A stretch of DNA of 63,705 nucleotides, filler included, from Collodictyon triciliatum (lineage: Eukaryota), in NCBI GenBank assembly GCA_043381765.1. It is 30 parts of 30 records of this genome, joined end to end, with 100 filler letters (N's around TTAATTAATTAA, not from the genome) between each part and the next. Parts side by side here need not be neighbours in the genome. Positions count along the whole stretch, not along the records: positions 25,914 to 27,970 come from JBHJMP010009624.1; positions 28,071 to 30,127 come from JBHJMP010009625.1; positions 30,228 to 32,283 come from JBHJMP010009626.1; positions 32,384 to 34,440 come from JBHJMP010009627.1; positions 34,541 to 36,595 come from JBHJMP010009628.1; positions 36,696 to 38,749 come from JBHJMP010009629.1; 24 more parts are not named here. One strand, 5' to 3'. Made by a program: the position numbers and the translations under genes. Below the pieces are notes generated by a model. That model saw nothing but the letters and a program-made list of their open reading frames with translations. It did not search any database and was not told where the DNA came from. Of this stretch, positions 26,210 through 38,749 are shown in pieces (the first letter of the stretch is position 1; every line of letters begins with the position of its first letter).

Positions 26210-27092
26210 ATTCGCATTGGGTCACATTGGTATACTTGCAGAGATGGTGGGCCAACCCTGATATATCCAATTAACTTCGAGGGGAGTCTTGAATGCCCTG
26301 AGAATGTATCCATCTTCTGCCTAAATCGATTCCAAGGGACAAACATACAGGTGGCTAATTATCATATTTTTCTGCGTATTGCAATATGATTTAGTTATTC
26401 AAGATTTTATATTATAAACCCAGCATATCATAGTTTGTTATCACAACTAATATTTCTTTTATTGACATGATAACTGGGAAAAGTGGCCAGAAATTAGCAA
26501 AGTTGAGGCCATTTATTCTGGATTCAGAGGGAACTCTAAATTAAAAATATCAGGTACAAATTGAATGAAAACTAATATAAATATATATATGTGTATATAT
26601 GAAAGTATATGAAGAGTTCAGAATAATCTACATGTCTCCAATTCATCTATTTCTTTTGTAGGCATTAACTTTTCTTTCGGATCAAAAATACAAGTAAATT
26701 TTTTGCCAGCGCCGTATTCTTTTTGGGAATCCTCATATGGAATAACAGGATTTACTCCTCAAATCAAGACGAATGAGAGTGTCTCCTTTCTGTTGACCTT
26801 GTCGGACGGTCTTGTTTCATGGAAGAACACAACATTTTTCAAAAATATTACTTACTTTGAGGAAGATGTTGTATACATACACCCGAGTATTCCTGACTTG
26901 ACTTTTGCACAGTTGATATCAGTGACTTTCAATATGTTTTGGAACTGGGCTGTATCTAATGGGGATGGCGGTGTATTTCTCTTTGTTCTTTTCTACTCCA
27001 CATTTTTACTATGTATACTCCTTCTGTCATGGGTATGCTTTTGTGTTCCTCCCATGCTTCCCAGCAAAGTATGTTTCATATCATCTTCATAA
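26210..27092 (+). CDS. C-terminal part of a surface protein: GP63/leishmanolysin-like Cys tail, IPT/TIG-like domain, hydrophobic C-terminus
   Basis: IRIGSHWYTCRDGG...FEGSLECPENVSIFC; WPEISKV...LKISGINF...; hydrophobic VFLFVLFYSTFLLCILLLSWV. Confidence 0.45.
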
Positions 27093-28099
27093 TGCGCATA
27101 TCAGAAAAAATCATCACAATCACTTTGAGCGCATTTTCGTCATAATATTGGCTGAAAAGAGCTTATTCTGTGCAGATTTTACTTTTGTTCACTCCGATGA
27201 GTTGCTGCATTGCGTGCATATTCAAGCTTCAAATTACATGTTTTTGTCGGTTGGTTGTTGCTTTTTATGAAAATCTTATAGTATCAATTTTCAGATAAAT
27301 ACGTCGTTATGCATAAAAAATAATGATTTTTTTAACTGTTTGCCCATTTTTATCACAAAGTCGTTTTCGCAAGAGATTCTTTCCTGCCAATCTCCCTTCA
27401 AAGGTTCAAACCATCACTCATACAACCCCTCGGATACTGTGCCAAAAAGGTGTTGTCAAAATTTTGACAATTTATGACTTTTTATGAAGAAAAAAATCTA
27501 GATTGTTCATCTCTGAATATGTTCCTATGGAGGAAAAAAATTAATCATTAATTTCAGCAGGATTTTGAACCCTCATAATTTTATTAATATTTCTTATTAT
27601 ATAAGGCACGACCTAGCGAAGTATTTAAATACAATCGTTCTATTCTAAATATCGTGTATTCACTTTCGTTATTTAAGACGTATCAAAATATCGGAGCAGC
27701 ATTCAAGCCTGGACTGTTTGCAAAAGTGACATAACCAATCCAGTAGGCGATGATACAACAAATATTACTACAATTTTTCCTCGACAGGCTGCAGGGTACT
27801 ACTTGTTATTTTATTCTATTTTATTCTATTTTATTCTATTTTATTCTATTTTATTCTATTTTATTCTATTTTATTCTATTTTATTCTATTTTATTCTATT
27901 TTATTCTATTTTATTCTATTTTATTCTATTTTATTCTATTTTATTCTATTTTATTCTATTTTATTCTATTNNNNNNNNNNNNNNNNNNNNNNNNNNNNNN
28001 NNNNNNNNNNNNNNTTAATTAATTAANNNNNNNNNNNNNNNNNNNNNNNNNNNNNNNNNNNNNNNNNNNNATGATAATATCACAAACAAACTTGGACGG

Positions 28100-29870
28100 G
28101 GAATAAATGCTGGTCGAGGAGGGCCAACGAGTTTATTTTCCGCTTGTCCTTCGCGAGACAGATGAGCAGGTCTTGGCGGCCCAGCAAATGACTCTAAGCG
28201 AACGGGTTTGAAATTTTGAGATGTTTTCTTTTCTCCTTCGCCATCACTGTCTTCGTCGATGTTTGGGGTTGGTTTAGTCTGACCAGTGCCAATATTGCCA
28301 AACTTCAGGCTTGGAGCTGACTTCTAAGTCGTCCGGAAAGAGATGAAATGGTTAATTAAAGCTATTGTTATCAGCTCATTAATGAGCTCCTGCATGAGTT
28401 GAAGCTTTTTTTATTTTTCAAGAAAAAATGGGGGGAGGGAAAAAGTCATTGAATAGTGGTTATTTGCAATATTTCATATAATTTTTATTGGAAAAAAAAC
28501 TTTAAAGAAAATGTACTTGTTTCGATTTTTCTGGGGCTTTTTCCTTTGCAGATTTCGTCCTTTTCAGTATCGTTAATAATTAATATATATTTTAAAAAGA
28601 ACAGCATTTATTCGTGGTGAATAGCGTAATAGAATAGATTTTCATTTCGCTTTCTCCTCTTCTTTTCCTTTTACAAAAAAGTTGCAAATCAACTCATTTT
28701 GAGTTTATCAAATGATTATATGTTGGACGAACCCTCCGAATGAAGTTGGGAGGAACATCTTCAGCATAGAACGCTCTTCCTCCTCATCTTCATCGAATAT
28801 CGCGAGCTTTTTCTTTTCCGGTGCCTTCACCTGATTGCTTTCCAATTTTCTCTCAGGCTGAGTTTCTGTTCAGCAATTGATAATTTATGTTGATAGTGTC
28901 AAATATGCTAATACTTTTATGACACTTTTATATTAATTCCTCTATTTATCACCTGCTTGGAAAAATGCATAGATAGGATTCAATATATGTACCTGTCGAG
29001 TCATTCAAGGCACTGGTCGTTTCAGTTTCGTCTTTATCGTGCTCTTTCTGCTGAAGACAAAAATTCTCGTCTTCTGCTTTGCGATGCTCCTGTTGAACCT
29101 TTCGTGCTAAATGAAAGTAAAGTATTGCTTATTTAAACAAAGAAACCAGTACTTTACATGATGGTAAAAGCTTCATGGTTGCATATTAAGATGGATGAAA
29201 GTTTATCTGATGAATGAAATTATCTTTAAAAAATACAGGAAACGAAATACAACTATTTAATCATAACTTATTAGAAACAATTAGATTCTAGGGGAATGTG
29301 CGCAAAGTCAATTCAAATAAATAATAGCCATTAATTCATTCTTACCTGCTGCGATTTTGCCCATCGATCGGACATATTGCGATGAGTGACGCATCGATTT
29401 CTAAGGAGAAAGTCACTTCGTTTAAGTTGAACTTGCTGGTAAATCAAAGGTGAATATCTTCTTTTTATACTTTTATTTGTATTTCATTATATCATTATTC
29501 GTTATTTTATCTATTTTTAGACGATTGTGAGATTTACATAACCAATTAAAATAATAGATGTAAAATAGTAAAAGGATAAAAATAAAAAAGAGGTAAAATA
29601 AAAGTAAAGGAATAAAAGAATAAAAGTAAAGGAATAAAAGAATAAAAGTAAAGGAATAAGAGAAAAAGAAAAAGAAAAAGAAAAAGAAAAAGAAAAAGAA
29701 AAAGAAAAAGAAAAAGAAAAAGAAAAATAAAAGAAAAAAGAAAAAGAGGGAATACAATAATGAAAGAAAATAGGCTTACGCAAGCATATTTGGTTACCGT
29801 CAGTTATGAGTAATATACCATTTCCTGTTCGTCGTCATCCAACTCTTGTGCCATATTTTGGTGGCTCATC
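28100..29870 (-). CDS. Unidentified multi-exon gene
   Basis: Coding-like charged segments (e.g. EDEEEERSMLKMFLPTSFGG) separated by GT-AG introns. Confidence 0.3.
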
Positions 29871-30227
29871 TTTCGAACGAGCAGCTTGGGGGAACGATCA
29901 GCTGAACTTACCAAGGAAAACCTAGAGAAAAAACCAACTGTCGTAAAAAAGTAAACGTGGACTTTTTCTCGCTTTTGTCAGTTGTGTCCCTTCAAGTGGT
30001 TCAGGATAGAGGCGATCTTTGTATATGTAATTTCCTCGAATCAACGAGCACAATAATTTATTATTGTATTTAATTGTTTTTTTTTTTTTATTGTTTTTAT
30101 TGTTCTTTTATTTTTCTTTTTTTTTTTNNNNNNNNNNNNNNNNNNNNNNNNNNNNNNNNNNNNNNNNNNNNTTAATTAATTAANNNNNNNNNNNNNNNNN
30201 NNNNNNNNNNNNNNNNNNNNNNNNNNN

Positions 30228-30981
30228 TTGGCGCATTCATGGACTGGACAGCCGGCGTCTGAGGATACCCAGTTGGCTGCGCGCCTGCCGTGATGGGATT
30301 CGACCGCAGTGTTGCAGCATTGCCGATTTCGGTGGCAGAGTCTGGATAGAGAGGGCGGCGATGATGTGCTCCATGCGAGGGCGGAGGAGTTGCCATCGAA
30401 TCAGCCGGTGTGCGGAACGATGAAATGGTTTGCGGTGCACCGCCTTGTCGAGGGGAGATGAATCCAGGGGCGGGTGGCTGATTGTATTGAGAGCCCATTG
30501 GTTGAGGCGGCTGATTGTACTGTGAACCCATAGGTGGAGGTGGCTGATTGTATTGAGAGCCCATTGGCGGAGGTGGCTGATTGTACTGTGAACCCATAGG
30601 TGGAGGTGGTTGATTGTATTGATTTCCAGCCATTGGTGGAGGCGGCTGATTGTACTGATTTCCAGTCATTGGCGGAGGTGGCTGATTGTATTGATTTCCA
30701 GCCATTGGTGGAGGCGGCTGATTGTATTGAGAACCCATAGGCGGAGGCGGCTGATTGTATTGAGAACCCATAGGTGGAGGTGGCCCTATTTTACGATATG
30801 ATATAGGTCAGAGTAAACAGTGGGTGATGGAAGTGCACTGAGCTGTTTGTGGAGGTTCTTTGCATTTTTCTATTTCAAGAGAGAGAGAGACTGGAAAATT
30901 AAAAGGAGGGGTGAGGGTATGCAAACCGGGAGGGCGACCGTAGCCCTGGTTGGCTGGATTGTAGAAAGGCGACTGCGACAT
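30228..30981 (-). CDS. Pro/Gln/Tyr-rich N-terminus with tandem MGSQYNQPPPP repeats
   Basis: ATG at 30981 (MSQSPFYNPANQGYGRPP), intron, then about 9 repeats of 11-12 aa; open to the contig edge. Confidence 0.65.
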
Positions 30982-31533
30982 GGACAAGAAGACGGCTGCT
31001 TGACAAAGAGAGGAAACTAGGGATGGATAAGAGCGCGACTATTGAACATACTCTCTTCTTTCGTTCCTTTGTTTGATCGATCCGTTAACAACAGCCACGA
31101 TCTCGGCTGATCATGGTTGGGCGGACAGAGATATTGAACAGGTTTGAAGGCAAAGGCGAGAGCGCGAGACTGGAAAAGTGATTTACAAATACAGCGTCTG
31201 CAATGGTCAATAAAAGTCCCGCTTCGTGGGCAAAAAGGGTTTTGTGTGCAGACAGACGTGATCCTTTCTTCCTGATCGTCCCCGTCTTCCGCTCCACAAC
31301 ACAGCGGCCTTGTATTTTCGATAATGATGTAGTGATCGAATCAAGAAAAGAAAAAAAAGGATGTGATTTGTGATCTGCGATCGGGTCTGTCGAGAACTTT
31401 CAGTGAATTGACCTTAGCCTGTACGGATATGGGTTGTGGATATTGTGGAAAATATCGTCTGCGCGCATAACTATATCTCATGTTCTCCAATTATGCCTCA
31501 ATTTGACAGAAAACAATAGCAAATTCAAGACCT

Positions 31534-32283
31534 ATGGGCTCACAAGTTGCAGCCAGTTCTTTTGGTTCCAATGTTGTTGCGGAAAAACACCGAGTTGCAC
31601 GTAAGTCTAGGAAGACCCGTGCAAGGAAGCCGCCTGCAAGTCTGTCTGAGCGGACAGTATTTTTGCACGGGGTCGTGCAAGTCGTTTACAACAAGAACAA
31701 GGCCCGCAGGCTCACAGATGCGCTCGCCTCCTTCTTGAAAGCGACCAAACTTTGGGAAGAGTCCATCCAATTGCGCTTACTGGACAGCGAAGGCCTTTGC
31801 CTGATCGCCTTCCGCACCGCAGAAAACGCCCGAAAGCTTCTGGAGCTGAAGCAGTTAAGTTTGAAAGATATTACGATCAGTTTCAGCATGAGTAAACCAA
31901 CAGAGACCTCGGTGATGCTCTACCAACTACCGCTGGACGTGTGGCTGCAACTCCTTCGTGAGGAGCTGAAGCCGTTCAGACCGACCCAAGTGGAGATCAA
32001 AAAGGACAAAGACTTCTTCACAGACACGGCCGTGGTAAATCTTCTTTTTCACAAGAACCAACTCCCTGCAAAGTTTATGGTCATGGGTAAGAAGTGTCCG
32101 AAGCGCATCCTCAAAGAGCGTCCGCCAGCCGCGAACAACGAACGACAAGTAAAAGCCCCGCAAAAGATTACACCTGCCAAGCAGACAAGCAGCAACGGGG
32201 TCAAGGAAGCCAAGGCCAGGCAACAACTGAGCCCGCAAGACTCACAGCAGATACGCGCATACAGCGACAGCGACGATGACATG
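31534..32283 (+). mobile_element. Putative LINE ORF1 family A (RRM-like), intact frame, truncated by the contig end
   Basis: Intronless 250-aa ORF with RRM-like spacing and a second copy at 5130-5830. Confidence 0.55.
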
Positions 32284-32383
32284 NNNNNNNNNNNNNNNNN
32301 NNNNNNNNNNNNNNNNNNNNNNNNNNNTTAATTAATTAANNNNNNNNNNNNNNNNNNNNNNNNNNNNNNNNNNNNNNNNNNNN

Positions 32384-32554
32384 TGCAAACAGATGAGTAT
32401 CGGTAACCAAATTATGACACAATAAAACGGTGCCGTTGATTTTATAATAGTCATCCGCATTCTTTACAACCGACTTTAGAGATGTTTTCACATTTCGATA
32501 GTGAGGTTTTACAGACTTTAGACTCTCAAACTCAAGGAGTTTTCTTTTCTTCAT
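32384..32554 (-). CDS. Probable Fanzor1 (eukaryotic TnpB-like RNA-guided nuclease) N-terminus, truncated
   Basis: MKKRKLLEFESLKSVKPHYRNVKTSLKSVVK...INGTVLLCHNLVTDTHLFA: NLS, KTSL strand, then an amphipathic helix, as recalled for Fanzor1 N-termini; lies in a multicopy element. Confidence 0.55.
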
Positions 32555-33970
32555 CTGAAAGTCTTTGTTTTACTTTTTCCTCTAGAAAACTACCGATTTT
32601 TCAATTTTAATAAAACTTTTGTCAATCAGTCAATTATATATTGAACTGTACAAAATCAATTAATGTAAAATTAAGCATCTACCGAGACTCTCAAAATGTG
32701 TGCATTGTGGCAAACATACACACAAAGTTTTTTTTAAGTGATTCGAGGCAAAACGCTGAGAGCTGACTCGGCGAGTTCGAAAGGACAGCCGTATAGCCAT
32801 TGCGACTGAGAGTTAACATATCGGCCCAAACAACGTGATTACCGCCGCAAGTGTCGATGGTATGCTTTTTTGAAATGCATGTTTGGTGGCAGGTTTATAG
32901 GGTGGGTTCTGTCTGAGCAAACGCAGCGGTTTGTTTGTAATTTTTGAATTTTAATGTGAAACAAGATTTACATAAGGGAAAATAAAATACAAATTGATTA
33001 CGGGAATAAAATGAGATTATTATGTATTTTAAACCTTATTACAATACTAATTGTACTATTATATTATTCAGGTTGTTTCTTGGATTCATCGAAGCTCCTG
33101 CTTTCATCAACCCAGATTTAATTTGATGGTTGTCTGTGCAATAAAGCTGTATATATGGGTACACTTTCGTTGTATAAAAAGTACTGTGTCTTGAAAGGGA
33201 TAAAACCACGTTCGTCACAACCTTTGTAATGAAGCTTATCCATTAACAGGCTGAATGAGACCGAAGAGAAAGGAATAAGAAAAGAAAATAAAAAAGAAAA
33301 AAGACAAATGAACCAGAACAACGAATACTGAGCACTATAATCACAATTATCTTGCTGCCCGTGGGTCGATGGCTTGAGCTTGAATCCTTATAGTCCTTTT
33401 TCCAGTTGTCTCTTGTTCCCTCGTGTCCCGCGGGTCGATGGTTATAGTTCGCTCCGTCTTTTTTTAACCTTTATTATTATATTCACTTTGAAACGAATAA
33501 AGGAAAAAATTAATATTAATATTATTAGTATTGTTTATTTGTTTCAAAAAAGAGCTCTCTCAGTCTAATTAGTAGTTTGTTGTACTCACGGGTCAGTGGC
33601 AGCCGGCGTCTTGATCGTCAGTGTGTCTCTGTGCGAAGCCTGTGTTGAAAGGGATGTAGTCAAGTGACCTTTTCGCTCTCTGCGTTGGCTGCATCGGCCT
33701 TCTCGGGTTGTGTTCGGTCAGCAGGCATTCCATGGGGTGGGCTGTGGCGCCGGTCTCCTGGTAGGCGGTTTCGTCCTTCTCGGGATCGCCCTTTCCGATC
33801 GCTTGCTTCCTTGCTTTATTTTTTCGGCTTCGGAATGTGGCGTGTTGGGAGAAGAAGGAAAGAACGCCAGTGTAATACTATTATTATTTTCTGGAGAATG
33901 TGTCCTTTTTCTTTCTCTCCATGTGCTTGTTTCTCAGCAAATGAGACTTTTTCTTATTCATTGTATTTTT
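32384..33970 (-). mobile_element. Multicopy element, copy 2, carrying the Fanzor-like ORF start
   Basis: Reverse-complement homology to 8700-10703, with a shorter or different middle. Confidence 0.7.
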
Positions 33971-34340
33971 TTTTTTGTCTTTTTATTGTTCCTCTAAAGT
34001 CTCTCAGCGTGATCACACGTTTCTTCGCGTTTGTGAGGCATAAAATAGATGAACCTATGAGATTTGTCTCACGCAAAGAAACAAAGAAACAAAGAGACAA
34101 CCTGTTGTGTCCCCTCCTGGCTCTGTCGTTTTCATGTACTCTTTTTATTTTCGTCTGCTCTCAAAAATATGTGCTTTACCCACCCCTTGTTAAGATTAGT
34201 TTTTTTTTTTGTGCTTGAACCCAATCAAGGAAAACCATTTTAAACTACGAGCCTGTAAGACGCATGGTAGATTCGTTCTGGTAATATAGTTTATTTTTCA
34301 TTTAGCTATCCCTTTTCATAGCAAAGTTAATTTGAATTTT

Positions 34341-34440
34341 AAAGTGAAAGAAGTGAAAGAAGTGAAAGAAGTGAAAGAAGTGAAAGAAGTGAAAGAAGTG
34401 AAAGAAGTGAAAGAAGTGAAAGAAGTGAAAGAAGTGAAAG
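34341..34440. repeat. (AAAGAAGTG)n 9-bp minisatellite
   Basis: Direct reading. Confidence 0.9.
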
Positions 34441-34540
34441 NNNNNNNNNNNNNNNNNNNNNNNNNNNNNNNNNNNNNNNNNNNNTTAATTAATTAANNNN
34501 NNNNNNNNNNNNNNNNNNNNNNNNNNNNNNNNNNNNNNNN

Positions 34541-34830
34541 GGGCTCGGTCAAGGCATTCGAAAAGTGAGTCATCAGATTTCTCTTCGAGTACGACAAAGT
34601 ATGCAACCGTGAAGCGCAAAAGCCATCTTCTTCAAATGAGCGTTAAAGAAGTGAAGCATTCAACGGATGACTTTTACAACGGAATCTCTTGTGGTGAGGA
34701 CTCGGCATCTCTCAGCTCTGAGCCAAGTATGGCACCCACGATTATTCCAGAATTCATTATGGGTGGGAATGAGGCTGGCAAGAAACAAGAACTGCCGCCT
34801 CCAGACATCGACAAAAAGACTCTGAAGTAA
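34541..34830 (+). CDS. Last exon of an unidentified gene
   Basis: Open Ser-rich frame from the contig edge to TAA at 34830. Confidence 0.4.
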
Positions 34831-34996
34831 TATTCTATATCAGAGGAATAATTTCTTATATTTTACAGTGGCATTTTGATTTAATGTCTTTTATCATATG
34901 CCTCGCTTCATTGTTTTCTCTGACGATTTTATTTCAATCCATCGAAGGCCAATGCAAACATATTCAATTTCCAAATATTTTCATATCGCATCACTG

Positions 34997-35075
34997 AATG
35001 CCCTAAGTTTTTAGATTGTTGAGACGGGCTCAACAGCTAAGACTTTTAGAATAAAAAAAAAATGCCCTAAGTTTT
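34997..35075 (+). mobile_element. ~49-bp poly(A)-tailed insertion with a 15-bp target-site duplication
   Basis: AATGCCCTAAGTTTT at 34997-35011 and 35061-35075 flanks a short hairpin and an A-tail. Confidence 0.6.
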
Positions 35076-37041
35076 AAACATACATACCCATCAAGAGATT
35101 TTCACTCATTAAATTATTTGTAAAAAAAATAAAAATAAAAAAAAATTCAAGGTTTAAGGACGTGAGACTCGAAGAGGAGTACATGATTTTGTCTGCGAAA
35201 ACACACATTCAAACAGCAATATGGTTCAATTTAGTGGCGCTATTGTATTTGTTACTGACAGCGAAAAATTAGTAATCTATATATTAAACTCAAAATAAGG
35301 AAAAAAATAATTAAGCTCTAATAGTTTGTTTATTCTGAGATCATCCTATATAAATGATTATTGATAATCCAATTATATTAGTTATTCAATTTTCTTCGTG
35401 GTATCGGCTTCTTCTCTATCAGCCGCTTTTGGAATGGCCATGCAGATAATACATTTGCATATTCTAAGGCGCTTTATTAGACAGATGAAGCATGAGTTAC
35501 CATGCACGATGTTAGTTGCTAAAATTTTTAAGCTTTAAAACAATTTTGCATATTTCATTTTCACAAAGAAACCTCGGTAACACGATTAAATAATTCTATC
35601 GAGATAGATATTTCTATAGAAGCCAATACGCGGTGATGTTGACCCTGTGCGCCTTATTTTCCTGCTTTATCTTTAACCTGAATGACAGATTTCTTAGTGA
35701 TGTGGAAATATCTTTGATGGTATGATTTGATATAATTTAGTGTAGATAGATAAGCCTCATCAACTGATATTATTGTAAATTTCATCGCAGGCGTACACGA
35801 TAGTACTGCCTGGGGACTATAGGACGAAATTGAAGCTGTGTCTTTTTTCAAACATTTATCCACTTTCTTTATTGCTTTACTTTAATCAAAGAAATAGCAT
35901 GGCTGTAATTCGCTCTTACACGCCGCTAATGCTCTCGACAGTTCTGAGTGTTGCAGTCCTAAGGATTATGGAATTTCAGAAGAAAAAGTTTGTAGTTGAT
36001 ATCATATGTAAATGTTAATTTTATATCTTGAACATGGCCTTAAAGTCACTCACATTTCTTTTATTTTATTTTCTTTTTTTCTACAAAGTTCTTTTTACTC
36101 TATAAAAAAGTTAGAATTAGTTGAGAAACAAATAAAGGCGACCAGGGACAGTACAAAGAAGCTGTTATCTAACCTCTATCCCATGTAAGAATAATGAGCA
36201 TGTCTCCATCAACCACACCCATAATTTCGCTCATCAATTATTTTTGGTCACATCCCTATCTTGTTCAATCGAAAAATCTTTCATCACCATAGTCCTGTCA
36301 TGAACTCTCTGGTTGGGGATACGCCGTGCTCAGCCGATTATCAAGGCCAAGATTGTCAAATACTGTGTGTACTTATTAACCTTCGCCTCAACCTTCCTAC
36401 CTTTCAGAACAAAAGTGTAATGAATGAGGTCGAGGAGCTATTCAAGTAAGACAATATGCAATCATGTTTGTTTGTTTGTTTGTTTGTTTGTTTGTTTGTT
36501 TGTTTGTTTGTTTGTTTGTTTGTTTGTTTGTTTGTTTGTTTATCACCATGATGTGATGTATGTAAAATTGCAGACTCTTATTCCTGCTCTAATAANNNNN
36601 NNNNNNNNNNNNNNNNNNNNNNNNNNNNNNNNNNNNNNNTTAATTAATTAANNNNNNNNNNNNNNNNNNNNNNNNNNNNNNNNNNNNNNNNNNNNAAAAA
36701 AAAAAAAACAAAAAACAAAAAACAAAAAACAAAAAACAAAAAACAAAAAACAAAAAACAAAAAACAAAAAACAAAAAACAAAAAACAAAAAACAGTTTGC
36801 TGAAAACAAAAAAACAAAAAACAAAAAAAAAACAAAAAAACAAAAGCTTGTGTAATAGTCACTCCCACCTAAATGCGATACTTTGTGTTGCCGTCTTCAA
36901 CATCTCTTCCTGTCTAACCCTCTTGCTTCTCGTCAAGACCGCATACGCAGCATCCCCTGCCTCCTCTAGCCCGTATTCAACCCGTCTACTACCAGCCATC
37001 ACCTCCCGACCAATACCCAGCACACGACTAGACCGGCCCGC

Positions 37042-37713
37042 ATGCTGCAGAAAAAAGACATCGCACCGATCGTATTCAGCTTTGTCGCGATCGTGTGCTA
37101 CCTGGCGGTATTCGGAGTAGCGGAGTGGAGTGTCGTCCAGCTCAACATGTCGTCTTGTACCGTACTAATTGTCTTTGACCTGGAGTCGTACCTGTGGCAA
37201 GGCTGCAGCGAATCGGCCTTCCGCCAAGCAGCCCAGGAAGCCAACTCTGACGGGTCCTGCCCTTCACAAGCCTGCGGCTCATGGCCCGATGTCGGAGCTA
37301 CCGTGCAAAACCTGTCCTGGGCGGCCATTGGCCTCAGCATGGCGGCTGTTCTGATGAGATTCCGCTGGGAGCGTCCCCGCGGGCTGGATGTGATGTGGGG
37401 ATTCCTGTCTGATGCAGTCCATGTCGGAGCTGTTGCCTGCAGTTGGGCTGTGGTTGGATTGTGGGCGAATGTGGCTCATCCTGATATCTGCGATGCGTTG
37501 CACGATACTTGTTGGCTCGGCCTTTCGTTCTATATCGCCGTTGTCTCGGCCATGTTGTGGACTGTTGTTTGTGTGTTGGCTTTGTTTGATTCAAAGCTTC
37601 AGTGGTATTCGCATGCGACTTTCGATCTGTCTCTCAGCCCGCTTCATATTGTCTCAGCTGACCATGAGGACGATGTTCAGGAAGCGGGGTATAGAGGCGG
37701 TGCAATCATCTAA
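37042..37713 (+). CDS. Four-TM claudin/PMP22-like membrane protein
   Basis: Intronless 223 aa; TM1, W...YLWQGC...C loop, three more hydrophobic helices, GLSFYIAVVS in TM4. Confidence 0.7.
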   Translation: MLQKKDIAPIVFSFVAIVCYLAVFGVAEWSVVQLNMSSCTVLIVFDLESYLWQGCSESAFRQAAQEANSDGSCPSQACGSWPDVGATVQNLSWAAIGLSMAAVLMRFRWERPRGLDVMWGFLSDAVHVGAVACSWAVVGLWANVAHPDICDALHDTCWLGLSFYIAVVSAMLWTVVCVLALFDSKLQWYSHATFDLSLSPLHIVSADHEDDVQEAGYRGGAII

Positions 37714-38672
37714 GTTTGATGGCTTGACTTTTCAAAATATTCACATAGCTCACAACATCCTTTTTTTTTCTCGTTTCGTTTCGTTTCGATTCTAGCTCTT
37801 TTTTTTCCATGTCGTTTTCCCAACTACTCTCCAGCCCTCATTTTCTTGGTCCGTCTACAGATCCTAGCCTCCCTTATATGAGACGATAATCATGATAATA
37901 ACAATAATAAAAGAACACAAACAAACAAAAACAAAATACAGGCAAGTTCTCGAATATGAAGGCAAAAATCAATGGGACGGGTGATTAGAGAGGGCTTTGG
38001 TACACTTAATTGGCAGATTTCACCCTTCAATACCCCAGGACTACGACATATCACACAAAAATCTCATGGGTTGATTATCACGTTTGTCTTTTCATTTCGC
38101 TCGCATTCAAATGAAGCCACAGCAGGTTGACATATTCTTTTCAAAACTCTAGGGTAATTTTACAGAATACCCTGATTTATCCCCAAACCATGGCGCCTTG
38201 AAGAATGAAGATGAAAAATGATTTGAAATTGCGTATTTATATATCGTCAGGATAAGTAAATAACATACCTATAGAGTAATAAAAAGAGTATCCGAGTTTT
38301 AAATTCATGTATGGACGCCGTTACTGTGAATTAAATATATGATATAGTATGTTCTTAAATCATTGATTTTTAAAGCAGAGCATGGCTACAAGCATGAATT
38401 ATTCTCTGCTGCTAGTAATCCTCGTCCGAGGCGAACTATTCTTGATTTATATACTTATCATATCATACTTATGGAAACACCAAGTAGAGTGAATGCTATT
38501 TCCCATCGACTGTCATTACCAAAGCACTACACCCGACATACGCTGGGGCGTTATTTCCATTCACTTCAGAGTCACAACTAACGTTCCTTGGTCAAGCAAT
38601 TTACCAAACTTGTCATTATAAATTAACACACTCGCGCCCCACCCACTGTTAATCGATTACCTCTCTCCCCTT

Positions 38673-38749
<77 letters not shown>

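Noticed and set aside
35654-35863. Y-family polymerase motif SVDEAYL
   Set aside because: No other polymerase motifs; the surrounding frame is closed by stops
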